Shown here one piece after another: positions 53,904-63,604 of a stretch of 64,000 bases of DNA (within the stretch, counting starts at the first letter, position 1; every line of letters starts with the position of its first letter). Source of the stretch: Acidimicrobiales bacterium (GTDB taxonomy: Bacteria; Actinomycetota; Acidimicrobiia; Acidimicrobiales; SZUA-35). The notes below the pieces were generated by a model. It worked only from the letters and a program-made list of their open reading frames with translations. It had not been told where the DNA came from and ran no database searches. The translations under genes were made by a program, and so were the position numbers. The stretch spans positions 12,397-76,396 of the forward strand of contig JAHDFR010000005.1 of NCBI GenBank assembly GCA_020628065.1. The letters are read 5' to 3'.

Positions 53904-56770
53904 GTACCTCAAGACTGTCGGCCCGCTCCGGCGAGGTCATCGACCGGACCAAGACGGTTCCCTTCACATGGAACGGCCGTTCATTGTCGGGTTACGACGG
54001 CGACACCATCGGGTCGGCCCTGCTGGCGAACAATGTGCGCATTGTTTCCCGAAGCATGAAGTACCACCGGCCACGGTCGTACATGAGCATGGACTACTGG
54101 GACCCCAACGCCCTACTTCAGGTCGGAGACGAACCCAATGTTCGCTCGGCACATCGCCGGTTGGAGTCCGGTATGGACGTTTCCGCTCAGAACGTCTGGC
54201 CGTCGGTGGATCGTGACATCAAGGCGGCCAACGGCTTGGTCGGACGGTTCCTGACAGCCGGGTTCTACTACAAAACCTTTATCAACCCGCAGCGTCTGTG
54301 GCCACTGTACGAGAAGGTGCTGGCCACCTTCGCTCCCGGTGGCAAAGTCGATCTCGATACTCCGCACGGCTACTACGACAAGCGATACGCCCATCCCGAC
54401 GTTGTAGTCGCCGGCGGAGGTCCAGCCGGAATGGCGGCCGCCATATCGGCTGCCGAGGCCGGTGCCAGCGTGATGTTGGTCGAGCACGAATACGGACTCG
54501 GCGGACACCTGCGATGGGGAGACGACAGCGATCGGGCCATCGTGGCCGAGATGAGCCAACGGCTCATCGACCTTGGGGTTGAGGTACTGGTCGACTCGAC
54601 GGTAACCGGCCGATACGACGACAACTGGATCTCAATCGCTCAGCGAAGCCATCCCGGTGTCATCGAACGACTGATCAAAGCCAGGGCAAAGATCCTGGTG
54701 GTGGCCGCCGGTCTCATCGAACGTCCATACGTCTTCTCCGGCAATGACAAACCCGGCGTGATGCTGTCAGGTGGCGTCCGTCGCCTGGTCAACATGTACG
54801 GCGTGCGCCCCGGCAGCCGGGCCGTAGTTCTGACCGCCAACGAGTCGGGCGACCAAGCGGCCGCCGACTTGGAAGCGGCCGGCGTTTCAGTAGTCGAGCT
54901 GGTCGACGCTCGAAACGGTGGAGGGGTAACGGCGGTCGAAGGCTCTCCCAGCCAGGTTGAGAGCGTCACGCTGGCCGACGGTTCAACCCGGGAGGCCGAC
55001 CTGCTGGTGACGGCCGTTGGTTGGACGGCTCCAACGTCGCTGCTCAACATGTCGGGCGATCGCCCGTCATACGACGCATCGGCGGCCCGATTCTTCCCCA
55101 GCGCCCCGCCTGATACGGTGCTGGCCACCGGCGGCATGGTTGGCGACGGAACGCTTGACGAGCTGGTTGGTCATGGAACCGCCACCGGCCAACTGGCGGC
55201 GGCCAGGGCGGCCGTCACCGCCTACCGGTTGCAGTCAACTACGGCTCGCGCACTGCCGGTCGACGGACCGGAACCGGACTGGCCTTCCGATCAACGAGCC
55301 CCGCTGGCTCACCGGCAACATCCAGAGCTGTACCGATCGTCAACCCACGGGATGGTCGACTTCTCCGAAGATGTTTCCTCCAAAGATCTGGTAGCGGCAG
55401 CAGCCGAAGGATTCGACTCCGTGGAGTTGCTCAAGCGGTTTACCACAGCCACCATGGGCCCTTCCCAGGGCAAGCTGGAGACCGTCAACACCGTCGCCGT
55501 CCTGGCCGAGGCTCGGGGCGAGACCATCGAACAGGTTGGCACCACCGTGTGGCGTCCTCCCTATGCACCGATTTCGTTGGGAGGCCTCGCCGGTCGGATA
55601 TTCGAGCCGGTTAGACGTTCACCCATGCAGGACTGGCACGAAGCCCACGGAGCAACTCCGCTGGTCGCCGGAGCGTGGATACGGCCCGACCACTACGGCG
55701 ACGCCGCCGAAGAGGTCCGTAACACCCGCCGCAACGTTGGCATCATCGATGTCAGCCCTCTCGGCAAGCTTGACCTCCAGGGACCCGACGTACCCCAGCT
55801 TCTGAATCTGCTGTACACCAACAAATGGTCGAAGCTCCCCGTCGGCGGGGTTCGGTACGGCATTATGTGCGCCGAAGACGGCGTCGTCCTTGACGACGGC
55901 GTGACCGGCCGACTCAGCGACAACCGCTACCTGATGACGACTACCAGCTCCGGCGCCGCCTCAGTGTGGGAGTGGGCTGAGAACTGGTTGCAGACCGAGC
56001 GTCCATCATGGAAGGTCGACGTGACCCCGGTAACCGGGGCCTACGCCAGCATCAATGTGGCTGGTCCCAAGAGTCGGGAGCTGATCGGGCGACTGGCCCC
56101 CGAGCTTGATCTTGACCCCGAGCGGTTCAAGTACATGCAGGTCCGCACCGCCACCGTGGCCGGCGTTGACAACTGTGTTGTTTGGCGAATTGGCTTCACC
56201 GGCGAGCTGTCCTACGAGGTCCATGTGCCTGCCGGATACGCCCTCCACCTGTGGTTGCAACTCATGGAACAGGGCCTAGACCTTGGTGTCGCCCCGTTTG
56301 GTATCGAAGCGCAGCGCATCATGCGGCTGGAGAAGGGTCACTTCATTGTCGGGCAGGACACCGACGGATTGACAAAGGCCCCGTCGACCGGAATGGGGGC
56401 GCTGATCAAGATGGACAAAGAAGACTTTGTCGGCAAACCCGAGCTGGCCTGGGAGCTTGAGAATTCTGATCCTGACGTATTGAAGCGCCGCCCTGCAGTT
56501 GTTGCCCTCCAAACGTTGGACCCCCAGATTGTGCCCGAAGAGGCATCTCAGCTGGTGCGGGGCACAACGACCGAAATCATCGGTCGCATTACCTCCAGCC
56601 GTATGTCACCGACATTGGGTCGTTCGATCTGCCTCGGACAGATCGAACAACAGTATGCCGACGCCGGCAACATCGTCACCATCTTGCTGACGGACGGCCG
56701 TCGAATCGAAGCCGAAGTGCAGGCGCATCACGCCCACTACGATCCCGAAGGAGAGCGACTTCGTGGTTAA
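53900..56770 (+). CDS. soxA: Sarcosine oxidase, alpha subunit
   Basis: 956 aa from ATG 53900 (ATGA overlap with the soxD stop). N-terminal F.WNG..L.GY.GDTIGSALLANNV, NAD/FAD-binding VVVAGGGPAGMAAA, and a C-terminal GcvT-like folate-binding domain. Confidence 0.9.
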   Translation: MSTSRLSARSGEVIDRTKTVPFTWNGRSLSGYDGDTIGSALLANNVRIVSRSMKYHRPRSYMSMDYWDPNALLQVGDEPNVRSAHRRLESGMDVSAQNVWPSVDRDIKAANGLVGRFLTAGFYYKTFINPQRLWPLYEKVLATFAPGGKVDLDTPHGYYDKRYAHPDVVVAGGGPAGMAAAISAAEAGASVMLVEHEYGLGGHLRWGDDSDRAIVAEMSQRLIDLGVEVLVDSTVTGRYDDNWISIAQRSHPGVIERLIKARAKILVVAAGLIERPYVFSGNDKPGVMLSGGVRRLVNMYGVRPGSRAVVLTANESGDQAAADLEAAGVSVVELVDARNGGGVTAVEGSPSQVESVTLADGSTREADLLVTAVGWTAPTSLLNMSGDRPSYDASAARFFPSAPPDTVLATGGMVGDGTLDELVGHGTATGQLAAARAAVTAYRLQSTTARALPVDGPEPDWPSDQRAPLAHRQHPELYRSSTHGMVDFSEDVSSKDLVAAAAEGFDSVELLKRFTTATMGPSQGKLETVNTVAVLAEARGETIEQVGTTVWRPPYAPISLGGLAGRIFEPVRRSPMQDWHEAHGATPLVAGAWIRPDHYGDAAEEVRNTRRNVGIIDVSPLGKLDLQGPDVPQLLNLLYTNKWSKLPVGGVRYGIMCAEDGVVLDDGVTGRLSDNRYLMTTTSSGAASVWEWAENWLQTERPSWKVDVTPVTGAYASINVAGPKSRELIGRLAPELDLDPERFKYMQVRTATVAGVDNCVVWRIGFTGELSYEVHVPAGYALHLWLQLMEQGLDLGVAPFGIEAQRIMRLEKGHFIVGQDTDGLTKAPSTGMGALIKMDKEDFVGKPELAWELENSDPDVLKRRPAVVALQTLDPQIVPEEASQLVRGTTTEIIGRITSSRMSPTLGRSICLGQIEQQYADAGNIVTILLTDGRRIEAEVQAHHAHYDPEGERLRG

Positions 56771-57362
56771 CACAACAGATCTGGATTTGACCAACTCCGG
56801 TGTCGAGGCGCCGACGTACCGAACCAGTGTGGTTGTGACCCCGGCAACGTCAGGCCTGGCCGACGGCGGTGGCGGTGTCGCCCTTGTTGATAGAGGCGAT
56901 CACACCAAGCTCATGCTTCGATGCGACGCCGGTAGCGCGGCGGCGGCTGCCTTGGGTGTTTCGTTCGGTAGCAGCCGGATCACCGACTCCGGTGTCGTCA
57001 TCACCGGACTCCGGCCCGACGAGTATTGGCTGATCGGCACAGCTGAATCGGTCACCGGTGAGCGTGCGGGCCTACCTGCCGATGGTTTGCGCTCTGAAGT
57101 TGACCTGACTCACGGACGTACCCTCATCGAAGTTTCGGGACCGAAGGCCACCGGCATGCTGGAGAAGGTCTGCGGACTTGACTTTTCCGATGCCATGACT
57201 CCCCGTGGTGCTGCAACCTCGGCCAGTGTGGCCAAAGTCAGCTGCGACATTGTTCGGGCGGGCGACAGCTATCTAGTCGCCTGCGACCGCTCATTTGGCC
57301 AGTATCTGATGGAATCGTTGGCCGACGCTGCTCGAGAGTTTGGTCTTACCCTGGGAGACTGA
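56763..57362 (+). CDS. soxG: Sarcosine oxidase, gamma subunit
   Basis: 199 aa. GTG overlaps the soxA stop by 8 nt. Size and position fit SoxG. The sequence itself is weakly diagnostic. Confidence 0.75.
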   Translation: MVNTTDLDLTNSGVEAPTYRTSVVVTPATSGLADGGGGVALVDRGDHTKLMLRCDAGSAAAAALGVSFGSSRITDSGVVITGLRPDEYWLIGTAESVTGERAGLPADGLRSEVDLTHGRTLIEVSGPKATGMLEKVCGLDFSDAMTPRGAATSASVAKVSCDIVRAGDSYLVACDRSFGQYLMESLADAAREFGLTLGD

Positions 57363-57458
57363 AGCGGCGAGCTGCCCGAGCCGGTACGTCGCCGCCAGGT
57401 GAGATTGTTCGCCGAGCCCCGTATTCGGTTTCGGCGGCGACCCGGAAAGTGGTGTGAG

Positions 57459-57857
57459 ATGAGTCCCGAAGAGCTGTCGCTTGAACAGGCATGGGAGATG
57501 CTGCAGGTCCCCGACACGGTGCTCATAGATGTTCGCACCAACGCCGAATGGTCCTTTGTCGGTGTTCCCGATCTCAGTGCATTGGGTAAAGAGGTACGTC
57601 TCGTGGAGTGGACGTCTTTCCCAACCGGTGAACGCAATCAGCGCTTTCTGGAGCTCGCTACAGACGGCCTTAGTCCTGATCAGCCCGTCCTGTTGCTGTG
57701 CCGCTCGGGGGCCCGCTCCAAGGCTGCCGGCCTGGCACTGATGGCCGCCGGCTTCACCCGTGCCTATAACGTCACCGCCGGGTTTGAGGGGCCTCTGGGG
57801 CCTGACTCGCACCGCAGTGGCGGCTGGAAGGATGAGCTTCCCTGGCAACAGTCCTGA
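57459..57857 (+). CDS. Single-domain rhodanese (sulfurtransferase) protein
   Basis: 132 aa from ATG 57459. LIDVRTNAEW and the active-site loop LLLCRSGARSKAAG. Confidence 0.75.
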   Translation: MSPEELSLEQAWEMLQVPDTVLIDVRTNAEWSFVGVPDLSALGKEVRLVEWTSFPTGERNQRFLELATDGLSPDQPVLLLCRSGARSKAAGLALMAAGFTRAYNVTAGFEGPLGPDSHRSGGWKDELPWQQS

Positions 57858-57908
57858 TCTTTACCGCCGCCGTGGCACCTTGGGCCTCGTTGGCGGCGGA
57901 GAGCTGAC

Positions 57909-58793
57909 ATGCCGGAGGGGGACACCATCCACCAGTCCCGGCTTCAGGTAGCTCCGGTGCTTGAGGGCTATCGGCTGGAGGAGTTCTGGGCTCGAAAGAT
58001 TCGGGGTCACCGGCCGCGAGCCGGTCAGCTGGTTGAGGGCATACGGGTTCATGGCAAACATCTACTGATCGACTTCGATCGGCAACTCAGCCTCCGGGTC
58101 CACCTCGGCATGGGTGGTTACTGGCGAACGATGGGACCCGGCTCGGCGGGCCTCGCCGACCGCAATCCAAAACTGCGTTTGGTGATGGTCACCGAGGCCG
58201 GCACTGCCCGCTGCTACAGCGCTCCAGCGGTCGAAACGTTTCTCCGCAGCGATTCTCTCTCACCGCTCGCCAACCTGGGCCCTGATCTCGTGGTGGCGGC
58301 GCCGGATCGCGATGAAGTGGTGGCCATGGCGATTCGCCGGGCTCGACTACGTTGCAAGCCCGAGGAGTACATCGCCGATGTTCTCCTCAATCAGGAAGTG
58401 GCTGCCGGGATTGGGAACGTGTACAAGTCCGAAGTGCTGTTTCTGGTGGGTGTCCACCCGCTCAGGGCTTTGGGATCGCTGTCCGACGACCAGCTGCTGG
58501 CGTTGTACACCGAGGCGTCGCGACTGCTTCATCTTCATTCTCAACCGGGCAACGCCTATCGGATAACAACGACCGCTCGTCCAAGGATCGACGGCGAAGA
58601 CGTCGTATCGATAGGTCGCCGTCCGGCTGGTGGAGTACCACGGCATTTCGTCTATGAGCGCTGGCGGGCCCCGTGTCTGCGCTGCCACACCCCGATTCGG
58701 CGGACCTACGAGGGTCGACTTGGGCGAAGCACCTACTGGTGTCCCAGTTGCCAGCCGGCGCCTCTGAGCGAGGGTACTCCGGCCTCGGGTTGA
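57909..58793 (+). CDS. nei: Fpg/Nei-family DNA glycosylase (endonuclease VIII-like)
   Basis: N-terminal MPEGDT (catalytic Pro2/Glu3), H2TH region (NQEVAAGIGNVYKSEVLF) and a C-terminal zinc finger CLRC...YWCPSCQ. Confidence 0.85.
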   Translation: MPEGDTIHQSRLQVAPVLEGYRLEEFWARKIRGHRPRAGQLVEGIRVHGKHLLIDFDRQLSLRVHLGMGGYWRTMGPGSAGLADRNPKLRLVMVTEAGTARCYSAPAVETFLRSDSLSPLANLGPDLVVAAPDRDEVVAMAIRRARLRCKPEEYIADVLLNQEVAAGIGNVYKSEVLFLVGVHPLRALGSLSDDQLLALYTEASRLLHLHSQPGNAYRITTTARPRIDGEDVVSIGRRPAGGVPRHFVYERWRAPCLRCHTPIRRTYEGRLGRSTYWCPSCQPAPLSEGTPASG

Positions 58794-58863
58794 TTCCGGT
58801 AGAGTCGGCACCGGCCGCTGGTTCATTGATCCGAGAAACAAACCCGAGTAACCAAGGAAACTC

Positions 58864-59256
58864 ATGAGCGACAAGATCCCGCCCCGATTTCGCAAGACCA
58901 AGACTGACAAGTGGGCTGTAATGGCCCCGGCCGAGGATCTGGAGAAAGCTCTGGCCGAGGGCGGAAAGATCGACGTTCAGAAGAAGTCCGGCGACTGGTC
59001 CAGCTTCACCGTAGGTTCACTGGGGCGTCCATTTGACGTCGACGGAGTCCAGATGTGCTACGGCTATGCCCCCGAGGCCGAGGGTGATGACAGCGGTCAA
59101 CCGGCCGGCAACCCGGGTGGCATTCAGGGTGCTCCATCGGCACCGGCACGGCAACAACCTCCCCGCCAGAACCACAGCGCCCCACCGAGTGATCCGTCGG
59201 AGCCCATCCCTGAATATCAGGGCGATGCATACGACGAGTGGGACGGCGGTTTCTAA
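58864..59256 (+). CDS. Hypothetical protein: small basic N-terminal domain, P/G/Q-rich linker, acidic-aromatic C-terminal tip
   Basis: 130 aa with an AAGGAAA RBS upstream. I recognise no family. The C-terminus is ...EYQGDAYDEWDGGF. Confidence 0.5.
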   Translation: MSDKIPPRFRKTKTDKWAVMAPAEDLEKALAEGGKIDVQKKSGDWSSFTVGSLGRPFDVDGVQMCYGYAPEAEGDDSGQPAGNPGGIQGAPSAPARQQPPRQNHSAPPSDPSEPIPEYQGDAYDEWDGGF

Positions 59257-59311
59257 AGCGGTATCGGTCTATCCGCCGCCACCGGGACGGCGCCTAAGTG
59301 CTGCCTGTTGA

Positions 59312-61546
59312 CTAGGCCCGGAAGTCCGCCAGGATCTGATTGAAGGTTGCACTCGGCCGCATCGCCGCATCGGCCAGCTCATCGCTGGGGTAGTAATACC
59401 CGCCGATGTCCATTGGCTGGCCCTGAACCGCGTTCAGCTCGCCGACGATGGTGTCTTCGTTGTCGGCCAACGAGGCGGCCAGAGGGGCGAACTGGGCGGC
59501 AAGATCGGCGTCGTCGGTTTGCGCTGCCAATGCCTCTGCCCAGTAGAGAGCCAGATAGAAGTGCGAGCCTCGATTGTCCAGTTCGTTGACTTTGCGTGAC
59601 GGTGACCGACCCTCATCCAAGACTTTGCCGGTGGCGCCATCGACGGTGTCGGCCAGGATCTGGGCTCGTGTGTTGCCTGCTGATTCAGCCAGGTGTTCAA
59701 ACGAGACGGACAGGGCCAGGAACTCACCGAGCGAGTCCCATCGCAGGTGGTTCTCCGCTTCGAACTGTTGCACATGCTTTGGAGCCGATCCACCGGCACC
59801 GGTCTCGAACAGGCCGCCGCCGTTCATCAGTGGCACGATGGACAACATCTTGGCGCTGGTTCCCAGTTCAAGGATCGGGAAGAGGTCGGTCAGGTAGTCG
59901 CGAAGGACGTTGCCCGTCACTGAGATGGTGTTCTCTCCGGCGCTTGATCGCTCAAGCGTAAACTGGGTCGCTTCCGCCGGGGCCAGAATCTCGATTTGTA
60001 GGCCATCGGTGTCGTGGTCCGCCAGGTAGGCGTTGACCTTGGTGATCAGCTGCTGATCGTGCGCTCGTGTGGAGTCGAGCCAGAATACTGCGGGCCACCC
60101 GGTAGCACGAGCTCGTGCCATCGCCAGCTTGACCCAGTCCCGGACGGCTTCGTCCTTGACGGTGCACATTCGCCATATGTCGCCGGCACCGACCTCATGT
60201 TCCATCACGGCATCGCCACCGGAGTTGACCACCCGCACCGTTCCGGCCGACGGCAACTCAAAAGTCTTGTCGTGAGAGCCGTACTCTTCAGCCTTCTTCG
60301 CCATCAAACCGACGTTGGGAACGGTCCCCATCGTGGTCGGGTCGAAGGCGCCGTTTTCACGACAGAAGTCGATGGTGGCCTGGTACAGAGCTGCGTAGCT
60401 GCTGTCGGGGATGACGGCCTTGGTGTCTTGAAGCTCACCATCGCCGTTCCACATCTGACCAGAGCTGCGGATCATGGCCGGCATGGACGCATCGATGATT
60501 ACGTCGCTCGGCACGTGCAGGTTGGTGATTCCTTTGTCCGAATTCACCATGGCCAGAGGCGGGCCGTCGGCTAGATCCTGAGCCAGCGCGGCCTCAGCGG
60601 CGGCCTTGGTTTCGACCTCCAACTCATCGAAGGCGGCGATCACGTTGCCCAACCCGTTGTTGGGATTGGCTCCGGCTTCGTCGAGAGCATCACCGTGCTG
60701 GTCAAACAGGCCGGAGAAATAGGTGCGAACAGCGTGGCCGAAGATGATCGGATCCGAGACCTTCATCATGGTGGCCTTCATATGCAGAGAGAACAACACA
60801 CCTGTCTGCTTGGCCTCGGCCACTTGCTCTGACAGGAACGACGTCAGCGCAGTCTTTGACATGAACGTGGTGTCGACAACCTCGCCGGCCAGGATCGGCA
60901 GTTCATCGCGGAGAACGACGGGTTCGGCACCGTCCGAAGGGTGAAACTCGATGCGGTAAGCGTCGTCGCCTGCGCTTGTCAATGACTTCTCGTTCGAGCG
61001 GAAGTCTCCCGACGACATCGTGGCAACGTGCGAGGCTGAGTCCGGAGACCAGGCTCCCATGCTGTGGGGGTGCTTCTTGGCGTATTCCTTCACGGCTCGC
61101 GGCGCCCGGCGATCGGAGTTGCCTTCCCGAAGAACTGGGTTGACGGCGCTGCCCTTGACCTTGTCGTACAAGGCTCGAATGGTTCGCTCCGACTCGTCTT
61201 GGGGGTCGTCCGGATAGTCGGGTAGCGACGAGTAGCCGGCAGCTTGAAGCTCGGCGATGGTCGCCTTCAACTGCGGGACCGAAGCACTAATGTTCGGCAA
61301 CTTGATGATGTTGGCCTCGGGGGTCAGAGCCATCTGGCCAAGTTCAGCGAGGGCATCGGGCACACGCTGGTCTGCGGGCAGGTATTCCGACAGGGTGGCC
61401 AGTACCCGTCCGGCCAGTGAGATGTCACGGGTTTCCACCGCCACGTCGGCCGCACCGGCGAATGCTTCAATGATGGGAAGCAGCGAGCGAGTGGCCAGCG
61501 CCGGGGCCTCGTCGGTACGGGTGTAAATGATCTTGCCTGAACTCAT
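59312..61546 (-). CDS. icd: Monomeric NADP-dependent isocitrate dehydrogenase
   Basis: 744 aa from ATG 61546 (GGAGAA RBS 8 nt upstream; track start 61561). [16 protein letters not shown]-terminus and the ~740-aa length are diagnostic of the monomeric IDH type. Confidence 0.9.
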   Translation of the reverse strand: MSSGKIIYTRTDEAPALATRSLLPIIEAFAGAADVAVETRDISLAGRVLATLSEYLPADQRVPDALAELGQMALTPEANIIKLPNISASVPQLKATIAELQAAGYSSLPDYPDDPQDESERTIRALYDKVKGSAVNPVLREGNSDRRAPRAVKEYAKKHPHSMGAWSPDSASHVATMSSGDFRSNEKSLTSAGDDAYRIEFHPSDGAEPVVLRDELPILAGEVVDTTFMSKTALTSFLSEQVAEAKQTGVLFSLHMKATMMKVSDPIIFGHAVRTYFSGLFDQHGDALDEAGANPNNGLGNVIAAFDELEVETKAAAEAALAQDLADGPPLAMVNSDKGITNLHVPSDVIIDASMPAMIRSSGQMWNGDGELQDTKAVIPDSSYAALYQATIDFCRENGAFDPTTMGTVPNVGLMAKKAEEYGSHDKTFELPSAGTVRVVNSGGDAVMEHEVGAGDIWRMCTVKDEAVRDWVKLAMARARATGWPAVFWLDSTRAHDQQLITKVNAYLADHDTDGLQIEILAPAEATQFTLERSSAGENTISVTGNVLRDYLTDLFPILELGTSAKMLSIVPLMNGGGLFETGAGGSAPKHVQQFEAENHLRWDSLGEFLALSVSFEHLAESAGNTRAQILADTVDGATGKVLDEGRSPSRKVNELDNRGSHFYLALYWAEALAAQTDDADLAAQFAPLAASLADNEDTIVGELNAVQGQPMDIGGYYYPSDELADAAMRPSATFNQILADFRA

Positions 61547-61633
61547 GGCGGGGTTCTCCACTAGGCGGTTTCAGCGTTGTCGCGAGCGCATCCTATCGTA
61601 GGCACAGACTGGTAGAACGATTGGAGAAGGTGA

Positions 61634-62284
61634 ATGACGACGCCACCAAACGAGGTGTCCGACGATGTCGGTTCAGCTTCGGGCCACGGCAATGAGACCG
61701 TTTCCTGGACGGCCATGGCCGACGGAACCCGGGCTGACTACGCGATGCTGGCTGAGCTCTACGAGGGGCATGCCCGAGGAACTCTGACCGACAACCTTCT
61801 CGCACTCCTGGAAGGTCTCAAGGGACCGAAGCTCGGGTACCAGATCGATCGGTACGCTCACTCGCTGCAGTCGGCCAGCAAGGCCGTGCGGGCTGATGAG
61901 TCGCCGGATCTGGTCGTCGGTGCGCTTCTGCACGACATCGGGGATGTCATCGCTCCCCACAATCACAGCGAGACGGCGGCAGCCATCCTCGCCCCCTACG
62001 TCGACGACGAGACACATTGGGTGATCAAGCACCACGGACTCTTTCAGGGCTATTACTACTTCCATCATCATGACGGTGACCGTCATGCTCGTGAGCTGTA
62101 TCGATCGTCGCCCCACTATGAGGCTTGTGTGCGGTTTTGCGCTCAGTACGATCAGGACTGTTTCGATCCTGACTATCCGAACCTGGAAGTTGACGCATTC
62201 CGTCCGCTGCTCGACGAGGTCTTATCCCGCCCGTCGCGGATTCCTGGCGTGGCCCCAATGGTCTCGTCTCCCGATGAGGCATAA
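61634..62284 (+). CDS. HD-domain protein with PhnZ/MIOX-like (possible diiron oxygenase) ligand pattern
   Basis: YAHSLQSA ... GALLHDIGD ... HNHSETAAAIL ... IKHHG ... QYDQDCFD gives an H / HD / H / H / D series that aligns with my recollection of PhnZ (LEHSLQCA ... AALLHDLGH ...). Confidence 0.6.
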   Translation: MTTPPNEVSDDVGSASGHGNETVSWTAMADGTRADYAMLAELYEGHARGTLTDNLLALLEGLKGPKLGYQIDRYAHSLQSASKAVRADESPDLVVGALLHDIGDVIAPHNHSETAAAILAPYVDDETHWVIKHHGLFQGYYYFHHHDGDRHARELYRSSPHYEACVRFCAQYDQDCFDPDYPNLEVDAFRPLLDEVLSRPSRIPGVAPMVSSPDEA

Positions 62285-62359
62285 GCTGACGATGGATCAA
62301 GTAGATAATGACGACGGCTCGCGGCGAATAGTCGTGGCCTCCAGCCCCAAGGAGTTGAG

Positions 62360-63580
62360 ATGACTGTTCCCAACAACCTGCTTCACCCGTTTGCCTACCC
62401 GGCAAAGAGTGAGAGCGAGTTCGTCAATGTTGTATCGGGGGAGGGCGCCGTCATCACCGATGACACCGGCAAGCAGTACATCGACGGCATGGCCAGCCTC
62501 TGGTACTGCCAGGTCGGTCACGGCCGCCGCCCGATTATCGAAGCCATACAGAAGCAAGCTGACAAGTTGACGACGTACAACGTCTTCGATCCCTTTACCA
62601 ACGAAGCGGCCAGAGAAGTTGCCGCCCTAATCGCCGAGAAGTCGCCTTTCGACGACCCACGGGTCTTTCTCGGTTGTTCGGGCTCCGAAGCCGTAGACTC
62701 GGCGCTCAAGATTGCCAGGATCGTCCAGCAACGGCGAGGGCACTCCGGGAAGCAGATCATTGTTCGGCGGACTCACGGCTATCACGGAACAAACTTCGGG
62801 GGAACGTCGGCTCAGGGTATTGCCCTCAATCGCGAAGGTTGGGGCGATCTGGTGCCCCACTTCCTTGAGGTGCCGAACAACAACATCGAAGAGCTGTCGA
62901 AGGTTTTCGCCGAGCACGGCTCCAATATCGCTGCCGTCATCTCCGAGCCGGTTCAGGGTGCCGGGGGAGTGTGGCCTCCCGAAGACGGCTATCTGCAAGG
63001 CATGCGGAAACTGTGTGACCAGCACAACGCCTTGCTCATCTTCGATGAGGTGATCTGTGGTTTTGGCCGCACCGGGTCGTGGTTTGGTGCTCAGACCTTT
63101 GGAGTCACACCGGATCTTATGACCTTTGCCAAGGGCGTCAGCTCCGGGTACGTTCCATTGAGCGGCGTCATCGTCGGCGATTCGGTGGCCCAAGAGATGG
63201 CAGCCGAGTCGGACTTCCTGTTCCGCCACGGCTACACATACTCCGGACACCCTCTGTCGTCGGCCGCCGGGGTCGCCAATATCAAACTCATCGAGTCCGA
63301 AGGGTTGATCGATCGGGCCAACCATGTCGGGAAAAAGACCGTCGAGGGCCTTGATGCTCTGGTGGCCGATGGAATCGTCAAGGGCTACCGGGGGGTGGGG
63401 GCCATGTGGGCCGCCGACATCGGTCGTGATGCCATTCCGGTACGCAATGACATGCTGACCCGAGGGGTGATCGCCCGAGGCGTGGGCGAGGCCGTCATCT
63501 GGTGTCCGCCGCTGATTGTGGAGGACGAGCAGGTTGGCCAGTTCGTCGAGACCCTGGCATCCAGCCTGGCCGCGGTCTAA
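62360..63580 (+). CDS. Class-III (omega) aminotransferase
   Basis: LWYCQVGHGRRPIIEA, SGSEAVDSALKIAR, DEVICGFGRTGSWFG and the PLP-lysine segment TFAKGVSSGY. Confidence 0.85.
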   Translation: MTVPNNLLHPFAYPAKSESEFVNVVSGEGAVITDDTGKQYIDGMASLWYCQVGHGRRPIIEAIQKQADKLTTYNVFDPFTNEAAREVAALIAEKSPFDDPRVFLGCSGSEAVDSALKIARIVQQRRGHSGKQIIVRRTHGYHGTNFGGTSAQGIALNREGWGDLVPHFLEVPNNNIEELSKVFAEHGSNIAAVISEPVQGAGGVWPPEDGYLQGMRKLCDQHNALLIFDEVICGFGRTGSWFGAQTFGVTPDLMTFAKGVSSGYVPLSGVIVGDSVAQEMAAESDFLFRHGYTYSGHPLSSAAGVANIKLIESEGLIDRANHVGKKTVEGLDALVADGIVKGYRGVGAMWAADIGRDAIPVRNDMLTRGVIARGVGEAVIWCPPLIVEDEQVGQFVETLASSLAAV

Positions 63581-63604
63581 CACCGTCCGAGTTATCACGT
63601 TCCT

